NCBI GenBank assembly: GCA_951804945.1
Contig: OX638154.1
Span: forward strand, 60,512,001 to 60,576,000
DNA length: 64,000 nucleotides
Direction: 5' to 3'
Source of the DNA: Podarcis cretensis
Lineage: Eukaryota
Part shown: positions 23,569-36,203 of the stretch, piece after piece
Layout: the number at the start of each line of letters is the position of its first letter
Position numbering within the stretch: position 1 is the stretch's first letter
Made by a program: the position numbers and the translations under genes
The notes under the pieces: generated by a model
What the model was told of the DNA's origin: nothing
Database searches by the model: none
What the model saw: the letters and a program-made list of their open reading frames with translations, nothing else

Positions 23569-26500
23569 CCCATTTCCTCTTGCCTTTTATGGAAATCAAA
23601 AAGCTATATATTCTTCTATCTATAAATGACAAATAAGTAGTAATATATCTTACATGTGTCTCAACAAGGAATCTTAATTACCAGCTCACCTCTTGCCCTC
23701 CTTGCCCTATTGCCTTCCAAAACAGATGATTAATCTTGAATTTTTATCTTAAGCATATGTCAAGGATTGAGTTCACATCAACATTGAGAGATCTCCTTCA
23801 TTTGAAGGTTTCTAAACAAAAGGCCTGACAACCATATATCAGGAGTGCTCGATTGGCGTCTTCTGTCTGGCAAGGGGGGCTGGTGGCTGACTTAATTTCA
23901 GGATAGTTACAACTCTTACAACTATATGAAATAAGAATCTAGCATTTCTTAAATCCTTTGCATAATTATATTTAAACTAATATATTTAATACATAAACAA
24001 CCTTTTAAAAGGAAAAGAAATCTTAAAAGGATCTTAGTTCAAGAAAGAAACAGCTTTAGAAAAGACTTCCCAAAAATGTTCTCTTTCTGCCAGCTAGATG
24101 CTTTTTCACTGCTCTTGACCTTCTTAACCTTAGGAAGAAGATATGGCTCATTTTACTATTTATCAACCCTTAATTTGTAGGGTCAGTGTAACCTTGGCTG
24201 TCATTCCCTTTTTACGACTTTGAGAATTGTTTTCTGCTATAAATCAGGGGGGGCCCTTGTCTAGGAGTAAAACATTGCCAAGGTTCTTCTAGGCAGCTGC
24301 TCTTCTGCCTGGCATAAAATATTTTTCTTTAAGCTTTTTAAAATACAAGCCCTGATTAAACATATAAGCTTTAATAAAAATTCAGGCTTATGATTAGATG
24401 CCTCACTACAAGATGTGGTGATGGAAGATATGGAAGATATGGCTAGCAATGGTTCATAAGGGCTCCATACTACCTCCAAACTCACAAGCAACATGCTTCT
24501 TAAATGCAGCTGCTGATGAACAATAACAGTTGGACAGTCTATTGCATTTATGCCCTGCATTTGGACTTCCCATACATATCTAGTCATCCAGTGTGGGAAA
24601 AGTATGCCTAAGTAGATAGACCCTTGATGTGATCCAGCAGGGACCAGGTTAAGTTCTTACATAGGATGAGACAACATCGGCCCTAGAGTCTTCAGGAGTA
24701 GGAATAAATACTTATCTATTTGGAATTGAGAAAGAAATCTGCATGTGATTGACAGGAAATGTGCCAGGGTGACTGATGTAGTGGAAGTGTGGGTGAGAAT
24801 ATGCACTTGTATAAATGATGGTGGATAAATTGACTTTTAGATGGGTGCAGGGCTGACAGAGGAGAAGTAAAACATCTGCTTCACTAATACAGAGGCACAG
24901 ATGTCACTGCTGATGTTGTTGCTCTCTAGTTAGGGGGTAGAGCTACTAAGGGTCAGACGGCTTGAGATAGTAAATGTTTTATTTTCATGGTCAACCAGAT
25001 GCTGGAGGATATGAATTTTATGTTTGCCACAAATATTCCCTCCAGTTCTAAAACAGTCCAATTCCTGCGACACAAATATCTGAGTCCCAGTCCAATGTAT
25101 AATCTTAGCTCTGTGTGGAAGTCTTCATCAGTGTTTACTGATATATTATGCATGCAGTAATAATTAGGCCCAGTGAGCTGGTTCAAGTATCTTAGAGCCA
25201 TCTAATTGCTAGATGGTGTTATTTATTTAGCAACAGTGTTCCAGCCACCGTTCTATGCTCACTGGCCTTCAGCAGATACTTATTGTAATATCTCGGGCTA
25301 CTGAAACTCATAGGCAAAGTATCAATAACTTTGGCAAAATACTGTACAATCTTAGATTTAAGCCTGGTTTACACATGTTGGAGAAAGGGTTAGGAATAAA
25401 TTAGTAGAGTTCTGAAGTGGTGAAATAAAGTATTCCATCTGAGAATGCAGTGTTTGCCAAGCATTTCTTGCATGAGGAAGCTTTCAAATTAATACCCCAC
25501 ACCTGCAGTATCAGTGATACAATGCATTATACTGCCTCAAAACTTCATTCTGCTGCTTCATTCATCATCATCATCATTACTATTATAAGCTTGACACATA
25601 AGAAGTTTCAAAGCAACTGACAAAAAGCATAAAGGTTTGCATAAAATCATGGGGAAGGATGAACCAGGAGTGGAATAATAATAATAATAAATATGAGGTA
25701 CATTCTTGTGCATAGTAGTCCATGCTCAACAGCAACACAATTGTTTATATATTGTTTATATATAATGTAAGACACAATAGGCTGCACTAAGTTCCTAACA
25801 AGTTCAAAGTTATTAGGCACTGGTATTACTGTATTTACAACGATGCTTCATAATAAACTTCAAGGCTATTGGCCTACACTTCATCATATAAGTTTCTTTT
25901 TAAAGAAAAAATGTTTACTTAAAGACATGTAAGTTTGAAAAATATGCTATTTATTTATTTATTTATTTAAGCAAACAATTTATATACCCCTTAACTACCT
26001 ATGACTGTGATCAAGCACAGTAGCATTACTTAAATATCACTGAAGTAAAATACAAAATACAAATTTACTCTTCACATTTGTATTCCCTGTCCACATAGAA
26101 GGGCAGCTTGCAACAATAAAGCTAAATGCAGGACACAATATATAATAATATATATATTTTTTTAATGAACAGGACAGATAGAACAGGTCAACAAACAATG
26201 ACCAGGCTAGACTATTTGAGGGCCAAATGTTACATTGTGCTTAATGTGTAGCTATGTCTTTAATTATTGGTGTCAGGGTAATGACTAGTATCCAGATTAC
26301 AGCATATAGGGAGGGAAGATTTCTCTTCCACATTCAGCCATGATCAAAATGACAATATTTCCCAAGGCACAGCTACAAGAATTAGAAAAATGTTCCCACC
26401 GGCACCAGTAGGAATTCCCCCCCCCCCCAGCATTGATACATGGGGAGATAACCTTTTCATTCTGATTGTGGTTTTGCTTGCTGTGATCCCAATAACACTT

Positions 26501-29340
26501 GAGGACCCTATTCATGTAATTAAAGAAACAGCAGAGATACAGCTGCATGTCACATGTGTAGCATAGGATGTGGTTTGGCCCTCTGAAGGACCTCAGTTGA
26601 GTACATATATACTCAGACCATTTTTGATGCAATTCTCTGACGCAGTGATTCCGAGTTTGTTGCATATCATTTAGAATATCCTACTGATTCATCATGCCGG
26701 AAACGCCAAATAAAGCTATATACTTTTGTTTACACTGCACAGATCACAGAGAGCTTCCACACCAGTTTGTAAACAACATGCTGCATTTTAATGAGTTGAG
26801 ACCTTTTGTTATTGAAACCAAAAAAGGTGCACAAAATGCACTGGGCCTAAAGTTCTAGTGTGCAAAAAAACAAAAGCACAGCTTTTGATGGAAATGAGTG
26901 GTCAGGGTATTTGTAATGAGATCCAGGACCTTTCACTCTAGGTCACCAATTGCAATCCCTCTAGACTAACAGTCACTCAGAAGCTGTGACCACCTAAGAA
27001 CTGTTCAATGCCTGTAAAGTGTCAGCAGTCTCATTTCCATTTATAATGTGCCAATGTCCACTTGCATCAAATTAATTCTAGGCCAAGTATTGAACGGGGA
27101 AAGGAGGCAGGAAGAGGCCTTATTCCTGGGAGAAGCAACGCGAAATGAAAAGAGCAGAGCACCACAGAGTTAAACGAGCACAGGCAAACGTGTGTGTGTG
27201 TGTGGAGTTTATAGAAGACAGCTCCCTCACAGAATTAACAGCAATATGCCTTATAACAGGGATGGGGAGCCTGAGGCCTAGGGGCCCAATATTATCCTCC
27301 AGGCCTCCCTAATCTGACCCTTGTGACCGTCTCCAAGCTACCTCCTCAGTTCTACTCCACACATTCCTCAAGGGCTTCTGAATGATATTGCCTCTCGTTT
27401 GCTGGATGGGGGGTGGAGAGATCATTTGCAGAAATATCTTCAGTTTTGCATACTTCTATTTCTGTATTTAATCTCCACTGTCAGACTGGCACATCTCCCG
27501 AGTTGTGTGGGGGAGCAGCAAATAAGCTTCTCAATAATACATGAAGTGGCTGAGGAACCCATAATGCAGGATTCAGGAGGCCTTAGTCACTTCATGGCTG
27601 CTGGTTGCTACTCTTAGCACCATATACTGAACAAAATCAGAAAACCATTTCCCAGAGACCAAATAGTATTACTTATGTCATTTAGCTCTTATAAAGAAGT
27701 TACCATTCATACACACATTGGGATTCAATCCCAATTTATTCAGATTAGACAGGGTAAAATTTCTATGCCCATGATCTAATGTGGGTCAATTAGAAATCAT
27801 CACATCAGTAAAACATATTTGTTTACAAATCCCCCCCTCCAAAAAAAGTTTAAGTATTGTTGCTCTTACCAGTAAACTAAGGTTTTGAGGAAACTGGCAG
27901 TAAAAGTAGGGCAGCTTATGGCTTAGTGGCATCTATAATGTGTCAAGCAAGTGATAAAATGGTAGTTTAAAAATGGGTCAGGAGAGCAAACAAAAAGATA
28001 AATGGAAAACGAAGACCACAAATCTTGCAAAGATGCTACATAGCTCATATAAAAATAGTAGACAATCTAATGAAGAAGCAAGGGCTTTGGTTAAGAGGGG
28101 AAACTCTGGGCTTTTACTCAAGACCTCTTAATGTGTATTAGTTACCCTTTAACCATCTGTTGTACTCATAATCAGGATGCTTAGACTGGATTTTCCTCTA
28201 CTCTTCTAATGCATGCTTATGGATGAAGCAGGAATTCTAATCTGCTATACAGCTGATTCACATTCACATATGAGAAAGCTCCTACATGGAAAACGCTTCC
28301 TTCAGATAAATGAGCTGAAACTTGCATGTAGAGCAGCATGTGATCAATGCACTTTTCATTAACTCATGGTAGCCTTCCGGGTAGGGATTTTGTTATACAT
28401 AAGAAGACCATTGAGCACTGTAATTATGGAACCAGTACATGACACATACACACCCAAAAAATGAAGATTAAATATTTGAAAGTACAAGGGCATGATCATA
28501 TGAATGCTGCAATCGAAAAAAGGAAGATCTATTAAAGTGATACACAGCTTCCCATCTTAGTCTCCCAAGATATTTTTACAGATGAGTTTACACATCCATA
28601 TTACATGATAACAGTGTTAGTGTGGCTTCCATGGTTAAGATAATGCCAAATGAGATAAAATTTATAATTTGTAAGAACAGAAGGCTATAATCACAGTTTT
28701 GTATGTTCCAGCTACCAGAACTGACTGTACACACTCTTCTTACTCAAGCAAACAATCAGCACATGAGTGTGTTGTGGCTATATTGAACAGTAAGCACTAA
28801 AAAAGAAAATAGGATAAAATTTACCTTTGGCTGTATGTGCTTCTCTTTCTTCCCCACCCCCATGGGCCTGCTTCCTATACTGCACCTACTAAAAACATGA
28901 TTGCAACATGTACCCACCTCTGCTAAATATTGTAGGCTAAGGCAAAGACATGCAATTTCTAGCCACTAGCTCATTCACAACCAGCTGCCTCATATATACA
29001 AGCCCAGTTGAGTATAGGAAGCTCTGACTTTTCTGAAATGCAGTCCAGTCTCTTCTCATCTTTTCAAAAGAATTGCTAAACATCTTTGGGAGCAAACAAG
29101 AGAGAGAAGAAAGTGGATTGGGCTGAGTTTGACACCGCCTCAAATGTTGTTCCTGCAGCTAGATGCTTTACTCCGCTTTTATGGCTCTATTATCACTTCA
29201 CAATGAACCTTTTTAGAAGACAGGAGCAGGTGAGACATGTGCTCTTTCTGCCTTTGGCAAAAGCTCTAAATTAAGTGGAATATCTCTTGCTACGTCTTCT
29301 GCAATGACAAGAAAACTCATGGTGACGGCTATCTCTATGG

Positions 29341-29401
29341 GGCTAGTCAACCTAGGGTAGACAACCCAGTAAGGCTAGTCAACCTAGGGTAGACAACCCA
29401 G
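29341..29401. repeat. Local tandem duplication, 2 x 29 bp identical, period 32
   Basis: GGCTAGTCAACCTAGGGTAGACAACCCAG at 29341-29369 and 29373-29401. Confidence 0.95.
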
Positions 29402-30372
29402 CAGATGAATCTGTGGACCCCTTCATTTTATCCTTAAAGACACCACATTTATGTTGTCCATACAGAAACACAAGAACATATTAATGTTAGTGACTCCATC
29501 TGGGTAAACAACCTAAATTTCTATTTTGGATTGCTACTGCCTGCGTTCCAGAACAATGCTAGTATTTTCTATATAAACAATTAAAATCCCACAATAACGC
29601 AAATCAAAGAGGGAAAATTCTTACTACCTTTTAGAGCTTTTTATTATTGCAAGTTACAGCAAAGTTGCAGCAGGTATATCTGTTTCTAGGATTTCACTCA
29701 ACACTCTTTAAAGTACTTTGTAGAAAGAAAATACAGCCTCAATAAAATTTGTTTTCTATAACAGCATGTTGCCCCATCTTCTTTTTAAAAAACTTCTGTT
29801 AATACTTTTTTTCTTATTGTATTTTAAGGCTGCCTTCCAAAAACCATAATATAAACTTTAGATGATGTTACTTCAAACCACTGTCAACTCAGCGGTGCAA
29901 ATTCATTTATTACAAGGCACTGTAGTACAGTACAGCTCTGATGTCTTTGAACATGTCTGTTTTTACATTTGTTTTGATTCAGCATTTGAAAATTGTTCCT
30001 ATTGATCTACCTTCTCAGCCAAAATGCATTTGCTTTTGTCACCAAGACAAATAAAAAACCCCAAGCAAATAAAAAAAAGCAACCTGTGAATGTAGTAAGG
30101 TGGTTCTCATCTCACAGTCAAAGGGTGCAAAGAAAATCTCCACGGAGATCAAAACCAATTAACCCGCAGTCCTTTCGGTTCTTATGACTCCTCTGAAAGT
30201 CAAAAGGATTGAAGGTACTACATGCAGTTTGAGGAGGAATTCTTTGACGGTTTGGATTTTTGAAAGGACATCACCTTCCTAATACATTTGCTAGGAGTAG
30301 CTTGCACTGATTGTGATCAATGTTTTATTCTGCACTGGTAGGTGATGAGGGAAGAACAGGCCATATACTTAC

Positions 30373-30489
30373 ATTCCCCACAATGCATCATTTTTGCTGC
30401 GTCTCAAAACTGGCAGCAAGCGGGCACATCCAATAGTGTATTACTTCCTTCTCTCATTCATGACGGTGTCACACACAGGCTCTGCGATT
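30373..30489 (-). other. Candidate alternative 5'-UTR exon (117 nt) of the minus-strand host gene
   Basis: Acceptor TGCTTCTTTTTCAG|AATCGC and donor GAAT|GTAAGTAT, in unique sequence retaining CpGs. Confidence 0.45.
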
Positions 30490-31269
30490 CTGAAAAAGAA
30501 GCATTTCCCAGTTTCTGAGGACAGAGGTTTCCCAACCAATCCATCATGCTTTGTGTGCTAATGATAGATTCATGCATAAGAGACACCATAAGCAGTGCAA
30601 GGCAGCAGGCATGAAAAGGAGTGAATCAACTGTCAACGGTTGCGATCTGAAGGACTGCAAGGCTGTGATTAGAATTTTCAATCACAGCTTCCACAATTCA
30701 TCATGTTATTCAGGAAAGGATGAAGGGCTCTCCTCTCACCCCCCCTTTTTTTAAAAAAAGCACACACCAGAAATCTTCGTTCATCGTTTCTCTCACCCAA
30801 CCCCCAACCTCAGTATTAGCATAATAAGTTTCTAGGACACGGGATTGGGGGGTGGGGTGGAGAATACAAAACTTGCTGCTTTACATGAGCTTGAGAATGT
30901 ATTGGCTACTTGTTGTTTGCTGGAATAAAAACCGCTGTAATAATCTCTTTAGGCACTCTGATGAGTTTGGGCAGAAATCAAGAAGCAAGAGTCTCCCACT
31001 TCTCTCCCTTGAGCTTCAGGTCATGTACCACATACATGCAAAATTCCAGCCCAATGACCCTGGGAGGGTAGCATGAGGCATAAAGAAACATATCCTCAGA
31101 ATTTGCTTACAGTCCTCCCACAGATAATTTTGTTTTACGGTCTTTAAACAAAGTTACACATTATTTTTGACATCTGACCTAATTTATAAGGAGGTATTTA
31201 ATTTATCAGGCATACTGCAGATAACACAGAATGAGCATATACTCTGCAGTTACAGTAACCAGGATTGTA

Positions 31270-31588
31270 CAGTGGTGCCTCGCAAGACAAAAAGAATCCG
31301 TTCCGCGAGTCTCTTCGTCTAGCGGTTTTTTCGTCTTGCGAAGCAAGCCCATTGGCGGCTTAGTGGATTAGCGCTATTAGCGGTTTAGCGGCTTTTAGCG
31401 GCTTATCAGCTTAGCGGATAAGCGGATAAGCAGCTTAGCGGCTTAGAAAAAGGGGGGGGAACCCCGCAGGAACTCGCAAGACATTTTCGTCTTGAGAAGC
31501 AAGCCCATAGGAAATTCGTTTTGCGAAGCACCTCCAAAACGGAAAACCCTTTCATCTAGCGGGTTTTTTGTCTTGCGGGGCACCACTG
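31270..31588. mobile_element. Tigger/pogo-like MITE, family A copy 1
   Basis: TIRs CAGTGGTGCCTCGCAAGAC / GTCTTGCGGGGCACCACTG, TA on both sides, internal TAGCGGCT-like tandem repeats. Confidence 0.9.
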
Positions 31589-33155
31589 TATACATTATAC
31601 GATTCTGCTGCTCAGCAATGGAAATTGATTTGGGGCACATGTCACAATGCAGTGACATCCACAACCTTTGCAAATTGGGCAAGCAACAGCATACCGAAAT
31701 CCTTGTGCTATCAGAGTCTATACAACCAGAACCAGTTTCACGGGTGAGTGGTATTGTAGCACGAGGAAGAACTTTCTGCCAGTAAGAGCTCTTTCACAGT
31801 AGAACAGACTCTCTCCGAAGGTGGGGATAGGGAAGTGAGTTGGACTGGACAGCCTACAAGGTTCCATCCAACTCAATTATTCTACCTGCTCTTTGGGCAC
31901 GAAGCCTGGAAGTTACATCCACCTACTAGTTGGCTTTTGCCTCAGTGCCTGCTCTTCCTCTTGAAGAAATAGAATCTGCACAATCTAAGGAACCTAAATT
32001 ATACTCCTAATTTAAAAGCAATATAGAAAATACACAATTAGTGTATATATGTGAATGTACACAGACAATGACTAAGGGAAGGATGCTATCAGTTGTGTCA
32101 GCAGATCACAGTAAAGACATGACTCTTAGACAGACAAAACCTGAGGTCTCGCTCAAGGCAATATTTTTTGACAAATCCCCAGGCTGGATTTTATGACATT
32201 CCTGTGGAGTACAAAACACCATGATGAATGGCACACATGTTAAGATTTTTGAAACAACTATTCTTGAGGTAAGCTGACATTACTGTGCAATTCATAAGCT
32301 GCTAAAACTTTGGAGGCATATTACAGAACATGGTTGAGAATTACTTCAACCTGTATTCTTCCTTCAAATCTCATAGCTAATCTCTGCTTTAGTGCCCAAA
32401 CAAATGTAAAAATAGCCTAGAAATGGAATATCTATTTCTGTTCCCTAGAAAATATCACTTGCAGGAAAAGCATACTACAGATACACAAATCCTCTCCTTT
32501 CAAATAATCCTTCAGTCTAATCTTCCAGGGACCTATTTTGATCTTTCCCTTGGCAAGCAACATCCCTCAGCATTTGCTAACTGTTCCAGATCTTTTGAGC
32601 AAGAGGTCAGCTGTAATTCTGACAGCTAGCAAGCAAAACATGTGTGGATAACTACAAAGGGGGTTGGATATTAACATATTTTAACCCAGATTGACAGTTG
32701 AGTTGGTGAGATTATCATTTCGCTGCTCTGCCATGGGCCCTGATATTTAGTGAACCATTTCAACACTCTGTCAGGGGTGAAAAAGCCATTGTATTTGGCA
32801 GCAAACCTCTCTTGTTATTGGGAGGAAACAGGGGGGAGAGTTCTCACATAGGGCTACTGTAATCAACAGAAATAGAAAACTAATGTAAAGCATGGAAGAA
32901 AAAACAGAATTAGAAATCTTAACCAGTATAAACAATTGCTAATTTAAAAAAAGGAAGGAAGGAAGGAAGTCACAAACAATTGTTCCTGTGTGGACCCTTT
33001 TCAGAGATTTGTGGAGCAGGTTGGGCTTTACTTTCATACCTGCCCAGGCACTTACTGCATATTTTTGCTCAGGCAAGTCAAAACATGTTAACAAAGTCAG
33101 CTGCAGGGGACCATGTATGGACTGGCACCTACTGCTGAAAGAAGATACTAAACCC

Positions 33156-33156
<1 letters not shown>

Positions 33157-33200
<44 letters not shown>

Positions 33201-33276
33201 TTATTTATACCCCGCCCATCTGGCTGGGTTTCCACAGCCACTCTGGGCAGCTTCCAACAAAATATTAAAATACAAT
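33157..33276 (-). mobile_element. L2-type 3' end with (AAT)n tail
   Basis: (AAT)n followed by TTATTTATACCCCGCCCATCTGGCTGGGTTTCC. Same family as 13462 and 52959. Confidence 0.8.
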
Positions 33277-33895
33277 ACAAAGCAAAATCTGGCAAAATTC
33301 CAAAAAGTGCTCTGAGATTGAGGAAGAAAAATGGAAGCTTCTTCCAGAAGGGAAGAGAAGCATTTGAGAAATTGGATAATTTATTTCAGCACAGCAGTAA
33401 TCCAGCTCTACAGTAGCCACACCAGACTCTCGGAAAAAGCACAAGGTTTCCAATCTGCTCCTCAAAGAAACCTGACAGTTATTGATTATGCATGAAAAAA
33501 TAGTAACGCTGGCAATGTACACCAACTCCACGGGGCACACAGTTGGGGTTGCTCAACAAACTTCTTCTGATGGGAATAAATTTTAAAACCTCTTGGTCAT
33601 CTTTCCGTTACATATCATCACCACATTAGAAAATAGGTCTTCTGTTGGTTTTAGCAGTTATGATGAAGGTTATATCCCTACATGTTCTCACATGCAAGGC
33701 CAAACTATTTGCAATGTATGGTTTCTTAAAACATTTTACATCAGCTTTAATCATTGCAGCTGGCATAGAGGTAGAATTTAACCCTTTTCTTCCATCCTGT
33801 AGTCCTGGGGAAAATCCTTCTTCTGCAGCTGGTATTTGCTTTGAGGAAAAATCCTCTGTTGAGGCCAAAAAGCAGCACAGGAAGCTACCTTAGAC

Positions 33896-34031
33896 CAGGC
33901 ACCCCCAAACTCAGCCCTCCAGAAGTTTTGGGACTACAACTCCCATCATCCCTAGCTAACAGGACCAGTGGTCAGGGATGATGGGAACTGTAGTCCCAAA
34001 ACATCTGGAGGGCTGAGTTTGGGGATGCCTG
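33896..34031. mobile_element. 136-bp palindromic hAT MITE
   Basis: Almost fully self-complementary. Perfect 8-bp TSD CCTTAGAC at 33888-33895 and 34032-34039. Confidence 0.93.
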
Positions 34032-34644
34032 CCTTAGACTAAGTCAGATTCTGGCCCACCTAGTTCAGCATTTCCTACACTGATTGGCAGCTGCTCTCCA
34101 TGGTTTCAAGAAGGAATCTCACACAGTCCTCTTTGAATAAGTCAGTGGTTGACCCTGAGGCCATGTGAATGTAAAGCATGTGCTGGTGAGGAAGGTTCAA
34201 ATTTCACCTCCGCACCAGTTGCAATCTTCATAAACTAATACCTTTTACCCTCTCAAGTAATGCTATTTTTATTTTTTAAACATTGAGGATTGCATACGAA
34301 AATTCACTTGACATCATGTCTCGTTTGGCCAACAAACTCACTGCCTGAAGCGGCTGCTTTGATTCTTCAAGGAAGGAGGGGGCATTCAATTTAGCCAGAC
34401 TCTAGCAGCCCAGTTTAATCAGAAAAAAACTAGTAAAAGTGGGTTGGTAAAAATACAATTTCGAGCCAAATTACAAGTCAAATCCTATTGTGTTGTGCTC
34501 CCATGAGAGCGTGATAGAGTCTGAACTCTCAATTCCATCCCACTATGTCATCCAAGTCCTACTACTTCCTTCCACATTTTTAAAGCATCTACTGGAAATT
34601 GTCTTGTAGGTAAGGAAAGATAATTATGATTCACTAATTTTATC

Positions 34645-34683
34645 TATCTGAAGAAGTGTGCATGCACACGAAAGCTCATACCA
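34645..34683 (+). ncRNA. Minimal type-I hammerhead ribozyme core
   Basis: CUGAAGA-A-[GUGUGC AU GCACAC]-GAAA-GC-UC^AUACC: both conserved core strands, a perfect stem II and a palindromic AGCU stem III. Confidence 0.75.
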
Positions 34684-34771
34684 AGAACTAACTTAGTTGG
34701 TCTTTAAGGTGCTACTGGAAGGAATTTTTTTTGTTTTGACTATGGCAGACCAACACGGCTACCTATCTGTA
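34648..34771 (+). mobile_element. Penelope-like element terminal-repeat (pLTR) fragment
   Basis: TTAGTTGGTCTTTAAGGTGCTAC...GACCAACACGGCTAC, typical of sauropsid Penelope ends. 15-bp direct repeat ACTAATTTTATCTAT at 34633-34647 and 34772-34786. Confidence 0.82.
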
Positions 34772-34956
34772 ACTAATTTTATCTATTCACTGATGTTATC
34801 TACTGCAGTAGCAGTAGCTGTAGCTGTAGTATTTTCCCAACAAGTATGCATTTCTTAATGATACTAAGTTATTAGCGATATTAAAAAAAAAAACCCTGAG
34901 CTTAACCTCTTCTGATCTTGCACTTGATAGAGAGAATAGGTTGAAATAATGGTTAC

Positions 34957-35042
34957 AGCAGTAACAGAAGACGGTGGGCAAGACAGGATCTTCAGAGATA
35001 CAACGAATCACAAATGACCGAATGCTTTCCTAGTCCTGTCAG
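34957..35042 (-). other. Candidate 5'-UTR exon 3 (86 nt) of host gene
   Basis: Acceptor TTCTGTTTCCTATGAATCAG|CTGACAG. The donor GCT|GTAACC is weak. Unique, CpG-containing sequence. Confidence 0.45.
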
Positions 35043-36159
35043 CTGATTCATAGGAAACAGAATATATAGATTTTGATTCACCATTTTGTTACTGAAAATG
35101 CTGTTCCAAATGCAGTTCACAAAGAGGAGAGTGTCTTAAATATATATTTGGCTAGATTGGCATGGCTTTTTGCCAGGTCTGACTAACTGGGCACATTTAA
35201 TTGACTCTGGCTGATTGGCTTTGATGCATAACTCTTCAAGTTTTTGAATACAGGGTGGAATCCTATTGGTGTCCTCCACTAACAGAAGCCATCTGTCAGC
35301 AGAACAGGGAGGAAAGCATATTTTGGAAAATCCCTGCACTACCAGGTGGTGCAAAGGGATGCGGCTGGAGGAGGAGAGTATGCTACCAGTGGGATGGAAC
35401 CAAAGAGACTAACACTCTGCTGCTCAAGGGTTCGCAGACATCTGCAAAAGGCTTTGTAGACAAAGTGAAATAAAATATCGCAAACTATTTTTTCTCTAAG
35501 TATTAAATTTAAAACCAAACAAAATGGTATCCAATGGTAGTTGTCAGTTCTTACTCAAGACTTCCAAGAATCATTTCCCCTCAAGTAATTGACAGCTTGG
35601 ATGAGGCCAGAGATAGTCGCCTGGTTCACATGCTAAAGCACACCATAGTGCAAAAGTGTAATTGTGTGGGCTCTGAGGGAGGAGATTTGGGACTCAGCTA
35701 CATTAATTTTTTTAAAAAAACCAGCAGTCTGAATGTGTTATAAACATGCAACACCAGTTGGCGCTGTAAAGCACAAAATGTTTCTATGCGGTTTTACACA
35801 GCGGTGCATATGACTTATTTATAGCGAGGTTTTTTTCTCTGTGTATATCCACCCCATGTCTGCTTCACTATTGCTGCTTATTTTGCAGCTGTGGTGCACT
35901 GAGCAAAGCCATGGCTTGATAGTGTACCATACTGAGCCATGACTTGATTTAATATGAACCAGGGCTCAAGGTTTGTGTCTCCTGAACATGAGCTGCAAAT
36001 CAAAAAACAAACGCACACAAAAATTGGTTACAGATTGTGCAGAGCTAAACCACAAATCCAGTAAGCCAAGTCAAGCAATGACTTAGCTCAACACAGTGCA
36101 GTAGCAAAATGACTGGGGCAGAGCAAAACAGTCACAATCTTCTCCCCATGACCCACCCT

Positions 36160-36203
<44 letters not shown>

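Noticed and set aside
29341-29401. CRISPR-like direct repeat
   Set aside because: Only two copies, a 3-bp gap, and a eukaryotic context.
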